Assembly: GCA_963675495.1 (NCBI GenBank)
Contig: OY776215.1
Coordinates: 2,208,001-2,272,000 of the forward strand
DNA: 64,000 nt
Direction of reading: 5' to 3'
DNA from: an uncultured Methanolobus sp.
GTDB lineage: Archaea; Halobacteriota; Methanosarcinia; Methanosarcinales; Methanosarcinaceae
Below, piece by piece: positions 11,699 through 20,821 of this stretch (position 1 is its first letter; each line of letters opens with the position of its first letter). The notes below the pieces were generated by a model, which saw nothing but the letters and a program-made list of their open reading frames with translations, was not told the origin of the DNA and did not search any database. A program made the position numbers and the translations under genes.

Positions 11699-12883
11699 AT
11701 GATATTCAGAGAACGTACCGATGTCGGTAAAGCAAAAGAGATGTTCCTTGGGCAGATAACAGGGACAGAAAAAATAGAGAAACTCCCTGCAACATCATCT
11801 ATAGGCAGGGTGCTTTCAACAAGTATACTTGCACCACGTAACGTACCACACTACCGCCGTTCTGCCATGGATGGCTTTGCAGTCCGATCAGTGGATCTTA
11901 TGGGGGCGTCACCTACAAATCCAGTGATGTTGAGCGTATCAGATGTGATCATGGAAGGCACATGTGTTCCTGTAAATACTGGAGATTATGTTCCAGACGA
12001 CTCGGATGCTGTACTCATGATGGAAGATACAATTTCCATCGGGGATATGATTGAGATTCGGGCACAGGTACACCCCGGCAAGAACGTGGGTGAGATAGGG
12101 GAAGACGTCAGGAAGAATGAGATCATATTCAATAAAAGTCATCTTCTCAGGCCATGCGATATTGCTGTGCTTGCATCCCTTGGAATTATTGATGTGAAAG
12201 TATATGTGAAACCCGTTGTTGCAATCATTCCCACAGGTAACGACCTCCTGCCGCTGCCAGGGGATGATGTTCCAGCTCCCGGGAAAACACTGGACATAAA
12301 TAGCCTTATGATAGGGAAATATGTTGAAAAATGGGGTGGAGTTGCGCGATATTGCAATATTATTCCTGAGGATAAACACCTCATAGAAGATGCCATCAAG
12401 GCCAATCTTGACACCGATATGATGGTTATATCCGGTGGAACTTCAGTAGGGGAGAAAGATTATGTCCCTGCGGTAGTTGAAAAACTGGGCACCAAACTTG
12501 TTCATGGTGTTGGACTTAGTCCTGGAAAACCTACTGCTTTGGGAGTTGCAGATAATGTGCCAATACTCTGCATGCCAGGATACCCTGCAGCAGGTCTTGT
12601 AGCACTTTTTGCATTTGGGAAACCGGCACTGAGAAAGGCAGGGAATATTCCTGATATCCCTGATACTAAAGTAAATGCCACATTGAGCGGTAAAATAATG
12701 TCAAGAGAAGGATATGTCAGTTATGCAAGGGTTATCCTCGAGGGCAATATCGCTCATCCGCTCATGACAGCAGGTGCAGGTATATTGAGTTCCATTGCAA
12801 AATCAGACGGTTTCGTTATAATCCCTGAGAATGTGGAGGGATGCGAAGAAGGAAGCCAAGTGGACGTTGTGCTCATTGAATAG
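11699..12883 (+). CDS. moeA: Molybdopterin molybdotransferase MoeA
   Basis: SAMDGFA, PTGND, SGGTSVG..D, PGKP, PGYP. Confidence 0.93.
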   Translation: MIFRERTDVGKAKEMFLGQITGTEKIEKLPATSSIGRVLSTSILAPRNVPHYRRSAMDGFAVRSVDLMGASPTNPVMLSVSDVIMEGTCVPVNTGDYVPDDSDAVLMMEDTISIGDMIEIRAQVHPGKNVGEIGEDVRKNEIIFNKSHLLRPCDIAVLASLGIIDVKVYVKPVVAIIPTGNDLLPLPGDDVPAPGKTLDINSLMIGKYVEKWGGVARYCNIIPEDKHLIEDAIKANLDTDMMVISGGTSVGEKDYVPAVVEKLGTKLVHGVGLSPGKPTALGVADNVPILCMPGYPAAGLVALFAFGKPALRKAGNIPDIPDTKVNATLSGKIMSREGYVSYARVILEGNIAHPLMTAGAGILSSIAKSDGFVIIPENVEGCEEGSQVDVVLIE

Positions 12884-13277
12884 TAATTCTTCCATAACTC
12901 AGGCCTTTGAGCTCCTGACAATAGGTGCAGGAGGATTTTTAGGGGCAATTTCACGATTAATTATTGCAGGTCAGTTCGAGCCTGCATCAGGTACTCTCGT
13001 AGTTAATGTTCTTGGGAGCATATTGCTTGGTATTTTGATGTATAACTCCGAATATCTGAGTTATGTGTCGCCAAGAACCCGCTTGTTCTTCGGTATTGGT
13101 TTTCTGGGTTCGCTTACAACCTTTTCCACATTTACGGTCCAGACATTCCAGATGTCGTTTCTTGAAGCGGCATTCAATGTCCTTGCAAATCTATTCCTGA
13201 CACTTGGGGGAGTATTCACGGGAAGGGGTATCGTTGTATCTATTGTAAAAAGGAGAGAAGGAAGCAGTGGTCTCTGA
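12876..13277 (+). CDS. crcB: Fluoride channel CrcB/Fluc, copy 1
   Basis: GGFLGAISR, GTLVVNVLGS, GFLGSLTTFSTF; probable TTG start overlapping the moeA stop. Confidence 0.88.
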   Translation: MNSNSSITQAFELLTIGAGGFLGAISRLIIAGQFEPASGTLVVNVLGSILLGILMYNSEYLSYVSPRTRLFFGIGFLGSLTTFSTFTVQTFQMSFLEAAFNVLANLFLTLGGVFTGRGIVVSIVKRREGSSGL

Positions 13278-13620
13278 AATCCTGCTTGTAGGCACAGGTG
13301 GCTTCATCGGTGCAATACTCCGATATCTTGTGTCTGGTGCAATTCCCCGAATAAATGAAATCCCGTCTGGAACTCTTGCTGTGAATGCGATTGGCAGTTT
13401 TGTGCTGGCAGCAGTGACCTTTTCGTCTGTTGAAGGGTCTCTCCGGTTCTTTGTTGGCGTTGGAATGCTTGGTTCTTTCACTACTTTCTCGACCTTTGCA
13501 TACGAAAGTTTCAAGTTGCTTGAAGAGGGGGAAAACGAGTACTTTTTAATGAATGTGTTCCTCAATGTAATTGTATGTCTCTGTGCAGCGTTTCTGGCAT
13601 ACAGGATAACTATTCCATAA
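13267..13620 (+). CDS. crcB: Fluoride channel CrcB/Fluc, copy 2
   Basis: GGFIGAILRY, GTLAVNAIGS, GSFTTFSTF. Confidence 0.9.
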   Translation: MVSEILLVGTGGFIGAILRYLVSGAIPRINEIPSGTLAVNAIGSFVLAAVTFSSVEGSLRFFVGVGMLGSFTTFSTFAYESFKLLEEGENEYFLMNVFLNVIVCLCAAFLAYRITIP

Positions 13621-13655
13621 GCCTGCTTCTCCCTCCTTTAATATCAAATGCACAC

Positions 13656-14729
13656 TTAGATTATATTATAATTCAACATTAGTGCCAGTAGTATAAGGAT
13701 CACGCCTGTTATAATGCGTATTTCTACGCGCCTTTTTTCCCTTATCTCATTGACCTTTTTTGGATCAAGGCCAAATGCAAGAAGCGCTCCAAGGATCAAT
13801 ATTGGTAAAATGACGCCTAGATTATAGAGTGCCATATACAGTGTGCCTTCCAGAATATTGTCGCCTGATATGAGCATCTCAAGGATCATCAGGTATACTG
13901 CACCTACACAGGGAGCTTTAACGAGGGAGAACAGACTTCCTCCTAAAAATGATATTAGCACAATGTTCCTGCCTTCTGCTTTGCCCATGAGGTCAATGAA
14001 TGAGTGAGGGGTTTTAAATGAGGATCTTGAGTGCTTTTTAATGTAGTATGCATCGTAAAGATGCCACAATCCAAGGATAGCTACCAGTAAGACCATCATA
14101 GTTGTGATCGTTTCCCTTATTCCCGGGAAGTAACTGATTGTGTTCAGTATGCCAAAACCCACAATCATGTAAGTTACAAATATGCCGGAGCAAAAACCTG
14201 TAACAAGAATAAGCATATCTTTGCGTGAGCCGCCTGATGAAACTATAACTGATGCCAGAAAGGCCATAACTGCAATGAGGCACGGGTTGAATCCGGCAAG
14301 CAGGCCTGCGATGAATATGGCAAGAGGGGTCTGTGAATCTGTGTCCCAACCAGCTGAGTAGTTTGAAAGATTCGGGCTTGCAAGGTCTGAAATTGGTGGT
14401 GCTGTTTCAATGCCTTCAGAAAGCATAGTTTCAAATAAATTAATATCGCCTTTATAGTCTTCATAATTAATTACAATACTTTTGTTAATGACAACAGCAG
14501 GAACTGTACTCACTCTGTATTGATTTGCCAGGCTGAAAAAAGCTGTTATCTCATATTCAGAGAAGTTTATGTTGGGATTTTGGGAAATTACTTTTTCAAT
14601 TACTGGTGAAGCCTGCTCGCACTTAAGGCATCCGCTTTCATAAAAATATTCGACTGATGTATCTCCGGCCTGCGCTATTCCTGTTGTAAGTGCCAGTAAT
14701 AGAATCAGAGTGAAAATTGTGCTGTGCAT
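13656..14729 (-). CDS. Exported thioredoxin domain fused to CcdA/DsbD-like membrane domain
   Basis: Signal peptide, CLKC, TVP cis-Pro loop, then GFNPC and APCVG membrane cysteine motifs. Confidence 0.85.
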   Translation of the reverse strand: MHSTIFTLILLLALTTGIAQAGDTSVEYFYESGCLKCEQASPVIEKVISQNPNINFSEYEITAFFSLANQYRVSTVPAVVINKSIVINYEDYKGDINLFETMLSEGIETAPPISDLASPNLSNYSAGWDTDSQTPLAIFIAGLLAGFNPCLIAVMAFLASVIVSSGGSRKDMLILVTGFCSGIFVTYMIVGFGILNTISYFPGIRETITTMMVLLVAILGLWHLYDAYYIKKHSRSSFKTPHSFIDLMGKAEGRNIVLISFLGGSLFSLVKAPCVGAVYLMILEMLISGDNILEGTLYMALYNLGVILPILILGALLAFGLDPKKVNEIREKRRVEIRIITGVILILLALMLNYNII

Positions 14730-14736
14730 TGTCAGT

Positions 14737-15162
14737 TTAGTGACAGGATAATGACGCACAGGTCTTTTTATCATATTCACTTTCCAGAACGGATTTGGTA
14801 CTCACTTCCAGAAGCTCGCCGTTGATAGCGGAAACATATCCTTCTATCACATAGAGGTCCTTTATGGTTGAACATGCACAACTACGTTCCATTATCTCTA
14901 CCTTCCAGACCCCGCTTTTTGGGGTAGTGTAGTTGGGGGCATTCTCAATAAGCGAAGTAGATGTGACTCTCCATTCCTCTACCTCGAAATTCGATGAATA
15001 ATACGCAGCTGCATCAGGGTCACTCATTACTATTTCTACTGCCTGGGCAGATTTGATACCGGGACCGCTGGATCCAGGTCCAAGTAGAATGTATGCACCC
15101 ACAATACCGATACAGGCCACAGCAGCCAGTGCCACGATAAATATGGGTTTTATTTTTTCCAT
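14737..15162 (-). CDS. Membrane-anchored hypothetical protein with C-terminal Cys motifs
   Basis: N-terminal TM helix; SCAC and CASLSCH motifs; co-oriented with the Trx-CcdA gene. Confidence 0.7.
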   Translation of the reverse strand: MEKIKPIFIVALAAVACIGIVGAYILLGPGSSGPGIKSAQAVEIVMSDPDAAAYYSSNFEVEEWRVTSTSLIENAPNYTTPKSGVWKVEIMERSCACSTIKDLYVIEGYVSAINGELLEVSTKSVLESEYDKKTCASLSCH

Positions 15163-15305
15163 AAATGTTATTGTAATCACAATTATGCTATAAATGTTGC
15201 TAAATAGAACGTATGCAAAATGCGTTGTAATAGCTTTGCTATTTATAGACAGGGGACAAATGTAACATTATTGAATAAATGCACTATACGGGATAGAAGG
15301 GAATA

Positions 15306-15644
15306 ATGGCCATGAAGACCTTGCTTTTGAGGATATATCTTAGTGAGAACGACAAATATAAAGGAAAAACCGCGCATCATGCAGTCATAGAGTTCCTTAA
15401 AGAGCATGGGATTGCGGGTGCTACGGTCCATCACTGTATAGAGGGATATGGTATGCATCATAAGATACACACTGCAAGTGTTTTAAGGCTTGGGACCGAT
15501 CTGCCGGTAATAGTGCAGGCCGTGGACCTGGAAGAAAAAATAAGGGACCTTATTCCGAAACTCAAAGAACTACTGCCCACGGAACTTATGATCGTTCAGG
15601 ATGTGGAGGTCGTTTCGGGAGAAGGCTTTAAAGACGATATTTAG
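15306..15644 (+). CDS. DUF190 PII-like protein (usual crcB partner)
   Basis: LRIYLSE, GIAGATV..GYG, LGTDLPVIV. Confidence 0.88.
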   Translation: MAMKTLLLRIYLSENDKYKGKTAHHAVIEFLKEHGIAGATVHHCIEGYGMHHKIHTASVLRLGTDLPVIVQAVDLEEKIRDLIPKLKELLPTELMIVQDVEVVSGEGFKDDI

Positions 15645-15654
15645 GATATATTGC

Positions 15655-15915
15655 TTATCTATAGAGCACCACTGTACTTCCCCTTACATCTATAAGGGTA
15701 GTCTTGGTTGCCTCTGCAAGTTTTTCTGCAGATGCTTTGATGTCCTCTCCTTCAGCACTGGTCTTTAGCATCTTTATTTTGATAAGACGATTTGCTTTCA
15801 CCTGTTTTTTTATCTCTTCCAGAACAGATTCGGTAATTCCGTTCTTCCCTATATTGAGGATTGGTTTGATCTTTGTAGCCTCGGTTCTTAGTTGATATAT
15901 TTTATCTTTTTCCAT
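15655..15915 (-). CDS. YhbY/CRM RNA-binding protein
   Basis: KPILNIGKNG, LIKIK, RGSTVVLYR. Confidence 0.9.
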   Translation of the reverse strand: MEKDKIYQLRTEATKIKPILNIGKNGITESVLEEIKKQVKANRLIKIKMLKTSAEGEDIKASAEKLAEATKTTLIDVRGSTVVLYR

Positions 15916-16051
15916 TATGATACACCTGATAAGTAGTTCGATATAAATGATTCAATTGTAATATAGTATAAAAAGTATGTCCATTAACAGACAAAATTGG
16001 TATGATATTCCAGAGAATATTCTATAAATCCGGGCATATTGAAAAAGAGTA

Positions 16052-16750
16052 TTATGTTCTCTTAAGGGATATCTCCGTCCCATCAATACTGTACTCGAAC
16101 CATGGGGTAGGTTTTGATGTCATTCCTACGACTCTCATTGCGTAAGAATCTCCTACTGCCTTGATCTCGATCATGCCATCAAAAAGCTGCTTCAGCGTGG
16201 CTATGGTTTGAGTATCATGCATTCCGTCTTCTACAACATAGATCCCAAATCCATTGGCTGCCTTAACCCTTCCGGTAAACACATGGAGGAATCTGAAAAC
16301 AGTCTGTATGTTAGAATACATGAGGATGGTAGACAGTGAATTGATGCATAAATGAATTTTTTTCTTCTGCTTTTTAACCAGCATTTCTTCAAAGAACTGG
16401 CTGATTTTGACCCCAATTCCTGTCAGGTCTACGGGACTTGATGTCCTCTTGATCTTATCGGTGTCTGCCGCACTCAATCCAAGTGTTTTGGTTACACAAT
16501 CAACGATGCCCATATCAGCATTTGGAATGTCCATTCCATTATCTTCAAACCAACCAAGTACACGTTCTCCAGGTTCGCGTGTTGAAACAATTATCGCTGA
16601 ATCGTCTGAATCCTGACTCTTAAAAATGATTGCATCCAACAGTTCGTCTTTTCGGCTCATAGGTGGACCTATCATCATTAGATTTGTTCCTTCCCGGATG
16701 TTGCCAAGTAATTCATCCAGTTCCTTGATGCCTAAAGAGTAGCCGGACAT
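16052..16750 (-). CDS. RAD55/KaiC-like protein with degenerate Walker A
   Basis: LGIKELDELLG, GPPMSRKD, SSPVDLTGIG, NSLSTILMY, LFDGMIE. Confidence 0.8.
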   Translation of the reverse strand: MSGYSLGIKELDELLGNIREGTNLMMIGPPMSRKDELLDAIIFKSQDSDDSAIIVSTREPGERVLGWFEDNGMDIPNADMGIVDCVTKTLGLSAADTDKIKRTSSPVDLTGIGVKISQFFEEMLVKKQKKKIHLCINSLSTILMYSNIQTVFRFLHVFTGRVKAANGFGIYVVEDGMHDTQTIATLKQLFDGMIEIKAVGDSYAMRVVGMTSKPTPWFEYSIDGTEISLKRT

Positions 16751-16923
16751 GTTTCCCTCTTCATTGGGATTGTATATAGGATTTGCCCTTTAATGCAGTT
16801 CCTGTTTTCCATTAAAGGTGTTATTAAAGATATATGAGTCATTCTATATATAAATTTTAACATATATAAATGTGCCTTTTACATCTCCTACTATCTTAAA
16901 TATGTGCTATGAATCATCTTTGC

Positions 16924-17463
16924 TTACTGGCGGGCATGTTTAATTACATGGCCGGTTTCAGGAAGAATTATTTCACTCAATGCCAGCTCAACTGCTGCTG
17001 GGGAGCCTGGTATGCAGAAAAGTACTTTTCCTTTCAATATTCCTGCTGATGCTCGTGTCAGAATAATGGAGCTTCCAATTTGTTCTATACTTTTGTATCT
17101 GAATAGTTCTCCAAAACCTGGCATTTCTTTCTCAAACATCGGAACAAGTGATTCTATAGTTATGTCCTTTGAAGCCAGGCCGGTGCCACCACTTGTTATT
17201 ATGATATCGGCATTTGATCCAAGGGCATGATTTACAGATTCTATGATCATAGAAGGGTCATCGGAAACAAGCTCATATTTTGAGACACTATGCCCTTTTG
17301 AAAGGACAAGTTCCATCATCTTTCTTCCAGAAAGATCATCTGCATCATCCGGGGATATAACATTGCCGTATTTCTCATACCTTGAAGTTGAGATTGTGAT
17401 CAAACAAAATGAGTATGAATTGTCAACATCTCTTTTGTGTTCTCTTGTTGTCGGGCTACTCAT
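16924..17463 (-). CDS. moaB: Molybdenum cofactor biosynthesis protein MoaB/Mog
   Basis: DLSG, TSGGTG..DIT, PGFGELFR, RASAG, PGSP. Confidence 0.9.
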   Translation of the reverse strand: MSSPTTREHKRDVDNSYSFCLITISTSRYEKYGNVISPDDADDLSGRKMMELVLSKGHSVSKYELVSDDPSMIIESVNHALGSNADIIITSGGTGLASKDITIESLVPMFEKEMPGFGELFRYKSIEQIGSSIILTRASAGILKGKVLFCIPGSPAAVELALSEIILPETGHVIKHARQ

Positions 17464-17510
17464 ACAAAGTGTTTATACCTTAATAAGTATAAGAATGGCT
17501 CGATATAAGC

Positions 17511-18566
17511 ATGAAAATACTTGCAATTGATGTTGGCACAGGTACTCAGGATATACTTCTGCACGATACAGAGAAAGAAGTCGAAAACAGTCTTGTGATG
17601 GTTATGCCATCTCCCACTGTCATTATTAGTGAAAGGATAAAAAAGGCAACCACCAAAGGTAAAGATGTCTTCCTCAAAGGGGATGTCATGGGTGGGGGAC
17701 CTTCTGTAAAGGCTATCCGCAGCCATATTGAAAGAGGCTATAGGGTCTATGCCACTGAAAAAGCTGCCCTTACAATAAAGGACGACCTTGAAAAAGTAAG
17801 ATCAATGGGTATCAACATAGTAAATGATAGTGATGTCATACCGAAAGGTCTGGAAGAGATTATTCTACAGGATATAGACCTTAATTCAATTGAAAATGCA
17901 TTGAGTAGCTTCGGAGTGTCTATGCCTGATAAGATCGCTGTGGCGGTACAGGATCATGGTAACTCGCCCGATATCAGCAATCGCGTTTATAGATTCAGGA
18001 TATTCGAGAGGCTTATTGATGAGGGTGGGGAGTTCAGTAAATTTGCCTACGGGGGAGATATTGTTCCTGAAGAATTTACCCGTATGGCATCAGTAGCACG
18101 TACACTTGCTAAAAAGGATGCTGTTATAATGGATACAGGCCCTGCAGCGATATTTGGTGCACTTCTTGACCCGAAGGCTATACAACCTGCCCTCGTAGTG
18201 AATATAGGCAACGGTCACACTCTTGCAGCGATAGTAAAAGATAATAAAATGTTAGCTCTGTTCGAACATCATACTTCTGCCCTTGATGGGAAGAAGTTGC
18301 AACAACACATCATTGATTTTTCATGTGGAAAACTTGGATTTCAGGATGTTTTCGATGAAGGTGGGCATGGATGCTACATAAAGGAAATTCTGGGTTATGG
18401 TGAGATAAAATCTGTGATGGTTACGGGTCCAAGACGCAATATCCTGCAGAATATGGATGATGAAGACAAAGATGCTACTCTCTGGCACAAACTTCATTTC
18501 GCTGCCCCTTTTGGAAATATGATGCTCTCTGGTTGCTATGGGTTACTGTTGCCTCAACTGGAGTAG
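17511..18566 (+). CDS. DUF1786 family protein (actin/ASKHA-like fold)
   Basis: IDVGTGTQD, MGGGP, VQDHG, SNR, MDTG, NIGNGHT, FEHHT. Confidence 0.85.
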   Translation: MKILAIDVGTGTQDILLHDTEKEVENSLVMVMPSPTVIISERIKKATTKGKDVFLKGDVMGGGPSVKAIRSHIERGYRVYATEKAALTIKDDLEKVRSMGINIVNDSDVIPKGLEEIILQDIDLNSIENALSSFGVSMPDKIAVAVQDHGNSPDISNRVYRFRIFERLIDEGGEFSKFAYGGDIVPEEFTRMASVARTLAKKDAVIMDTGPAAIFGALLDPKAIQPALVVNIGNGHTLAAIVKDNKMLALFEHHTSALDGKKLQQHIIDFSCGKLGFQDVFDEGGHGCYIKEILGYGEIKSVMVTGPRRNILQNMDDEDKDATLWHKLHFAAPFGNMMLSGCYGLLLPQLE

Positions 18567-18760
18567 TATGGCAAAATCAGCGATAAGACTTATAAACTCC
18601 AAGGTAGTATGAGGACAGCCATCGAGATTAATCTATTTTGTTGATGGGCAACATCAACAAATACAAATATATACATATCAATTAAGGTACAAAAAAATCG
18701 GCAGTACTATTTATAGTATCATGCTTTATTGCAATAATCAACTCAAGGAGATTTTAATTC

Positions 18761-19279
18761 ATGGTAAGAAAACCAGCAAGTATGTACAGGAACGTAAGAC
18801 AGCGCTCATTCACCAGAAAGAAGTACATGGGTGGTGTCCCGGGTAGTCAGGTCATTCACTACGACATGGGTAATAAGAGCGCCGAGTTTCCGGTCAAGGT
18901 TACACTCATAGCAAAAGAGAGATGCCAACTCACACACAAGTCACTTGAAGCTGCACGTATTACCTCAAACCGTGCAATGACAGGTGCTGCAGGAAGATCT
19001 GGTTACCACATCAAACTGAGAGTTTACCCACACGAGGTCCTCAGGGAGAACAAGCAGGCTACCGGAGCAGGTGCAGACCGTGTATCAAGTGGTATGCGTG
19101 GAGCATATGGGAAGAATGTAGGAACTGCAGCAAGAGTTTCAGCAGGTCAGAAGATCTTCACGATCTCTGTAAACAAAGAGCACTTTGCAGTGGCAAAGGA
19201 TGCACTTCGAAAAGCAGGCCAGAAATTGCCAACTCCTGTCAGGATCGTAGTCGATCAGGGCTTGGAACTTGTGCAATAA
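18761..19279 (+). CDS. rpl10e: 50S ribosomal protein L10e (uL16)
   Basis: [30 protein letters not shown]. Confidence 0.96.
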   Translation: MVRKPASMYRNVRQRSFTRKKYMGGVPGSQVIHYDMGNKSAEFPVKVTLIAKERCQLTHKSLEAARITSNRAMTGAAGRSGYHIKLRVYPHEVLRENKQATGAGADRVSSGMRGAYGKNVGTAARVSAGQKIFTISVNKEHFAVAKDALRKAGQKLPTPVRIVVDQGLELVQ

Positions 19280-19306
19280 GTGAATAATAACAACGAGGGA
19301 TTTAAG

Positions 19307-19915
19307 ATGGAAGATTACGAAGCGCTTCTGGATCGTGCAATAGCAAACTTACCCGACATGGAGACTACGGATGCCCGTTTCGTAATCCCTGAGCCTAGAA
19401 TCATGATGGAAGGTAAGACCACGATCCTTGATAATTTCAATAACATTGCTGATGTCATGAACAGGGCTCCTGATCATGTGATGAAATACCTCACACGTGA
19501 AATGGGTACTGCAGGCAAGATCGATGGAATGAGAGCGATATTCCAGGGAAGGTTCTCAAAAGACCAGATCAAGGCTAACATCGAAGCATATGTTGAAGAA
19601 TTCGTCATGTGTTCAGAATGTGGAAGACCTGACACTCAACTTATGAAAATGGATCGTATCATGGTTTTGAAATGTGCAGCTTGTGGAGCACACAGACCAG
19701 TGAAGAAAAGACGAGCCAGTGCACCTGTCAAACAGGACGCCATTGAAGAAGGCAAAGAATACGATGTTCGTATCGATGCTGTTGGGTCCAAGGGTGACGG
19801 GATTGCAAAGATGGACAGGTTCACCATCTTCGTACCAGGTGCTGCAAAGGGTGAGACTCTCAAGATAAGAATCAAGAGAATCAGCGGAACCCTTGCATTC
19901 GCCGAGAAAGTATGA
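19307..19915 (+). CDS. eif2b: Translation initiation factor aIF2 beta with C-terminal TRAM domain
   Basis: [40 protein letters not shown] motif. Confidence 0.95.
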   Translation: MEDYEALLDRAIANLPDMETTDARFVIPEPRIMMEGKTTILDNFNNIADVMNRAPDHVMKYLTREMGTAGKIDGMRAIFQGRFSKDQIKANIEAYVEEFVMCSECGRPDTQLMKMDRIMVLKCAACGAHRPVKKRRASAPVKQDAIEEGKEYDVRIDAVGSKGDGIAKMDRFTIFVPGAAKGETLKIRIKRISGTLAFAEKV

Positions 19916-19950
19916 TGTCTGATCAAACAGGCATCAATCATCTTTTTTTA
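19913..19950 (+). terminator. Hairpin plus T-tract after aIF2beta
   Basis: tgatgtctg-atcaaa-caggcatca then tcttttttt. Confidence 0.55.
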
Positions 19951-20032
19951 AATAGTTTTTTAAGAAATAGTTATATATTAATAGTGCTATAAATGTATAG
20001 AATTACTTGAAAGTAATTCTCCGAGGGAACAT

Positions 20033-20818
20033 ATGGCACGAGTAGCAACAGGAATACCTGGATTTGATGAACTTATAGAAGGTGGGTTCATCGAAAACGA
20101 TGTAATTCTCCTGACAGGGGGGCCTGGTGCAGGAAAGTCGACTTTTGGTTCACAATACCTGTATTCAGGAATCATCAACTACAATGAACCGGGAGTCTAC
20201 GTTACATTTGAAGAAACGCCTGCTCGTATAATGAGAAATATGTGGAGGCATGGGTGGGACATGGAACGTCTCGTAAAGGAAAATAAACTCCGCATAATAC
20301 GGGTCGATCCAATTGCATATGATCGCTACATAAAAAAGACCATGGAGCCTGATAAGCAAGGCGATCATGAAAATGCAACATTGGAAACCGTGCTGAAACA
20401 GATCTATGCCAGCATCAGGGAAATTGATGCAAAGCGTTTGTTCATTGATTCAATGACATCTTTAAAGATATCTCCGGATCCTGTGAATGTGAGGCATATT
20501 GTCCTTGAGTTCATCAAGAATGTTGAGAGTTTTGATTGTACCACTCTGATAACTAGTGAAATAAATAAGGATCCTGAAAATTTCAGTGTTGAGGAATACC
20601 TTGCCGAAGGAGTTATCTGCCTTAAGGTATTCAGAATTGGTGGAGAAAGGATCAGATCCCTTGAGATATTAAAAATGCGGGGTGTGAAGCATGATGAAGT
20701 ACTTCGTCCGTATATAATTGCTGACAAAGGAATTGTTGTTTATTCATCCGAATCTGTTATAGGCAAGGAAGCTGATGTATTCTCCCTTGAAAGATGTTCG
20801 ATCTTAGGGGAAGAGTAG
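20033..20818 (+). CDS. Single-domain KaiC/RAD55-family ATPase
   Basis: TGIPGFDELIEGG, GGPGAGKS, VTFEE, IDS, ILKMRG. Confidence 0.9.
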   Translation: MARVATGIPGFDELIEGGFIENDVILLTGGPGAGKSTFGSQYLYSGIINYNEPGVYVTFEETPARIMRNMWRHGWDMERLVKENKLRIIRVDPIAYDRYIKKTMEPDKQGDHENATLETVLKQIYASIREIDAKRLFIDSMTSLKISPDPVNVRHIVLEFIKNVESFDCTTLITSEINKDPENFSVEEYLAEGVICLKVFRIGGERIRSLEILKMRGVKHDEVLRPYIIADKGIVVYSSESVIGKEADVFSLERCSILGEE

Positions 20819-20821
20819 TAA

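Noticed and set aside
18564-18645. Amber read-through extensions of DUF1786 (also cofD at 7935 and the regulator at 46037)
   Set aside because: Read-through adds only short featureless tails before another stop; no domain or fusion results
19277-19309. rpl10e and aIF2beta are in the same frame
   Set aside because: Separated by TAA, which is not recoded, and aIF2beta has its own GAGG RBS
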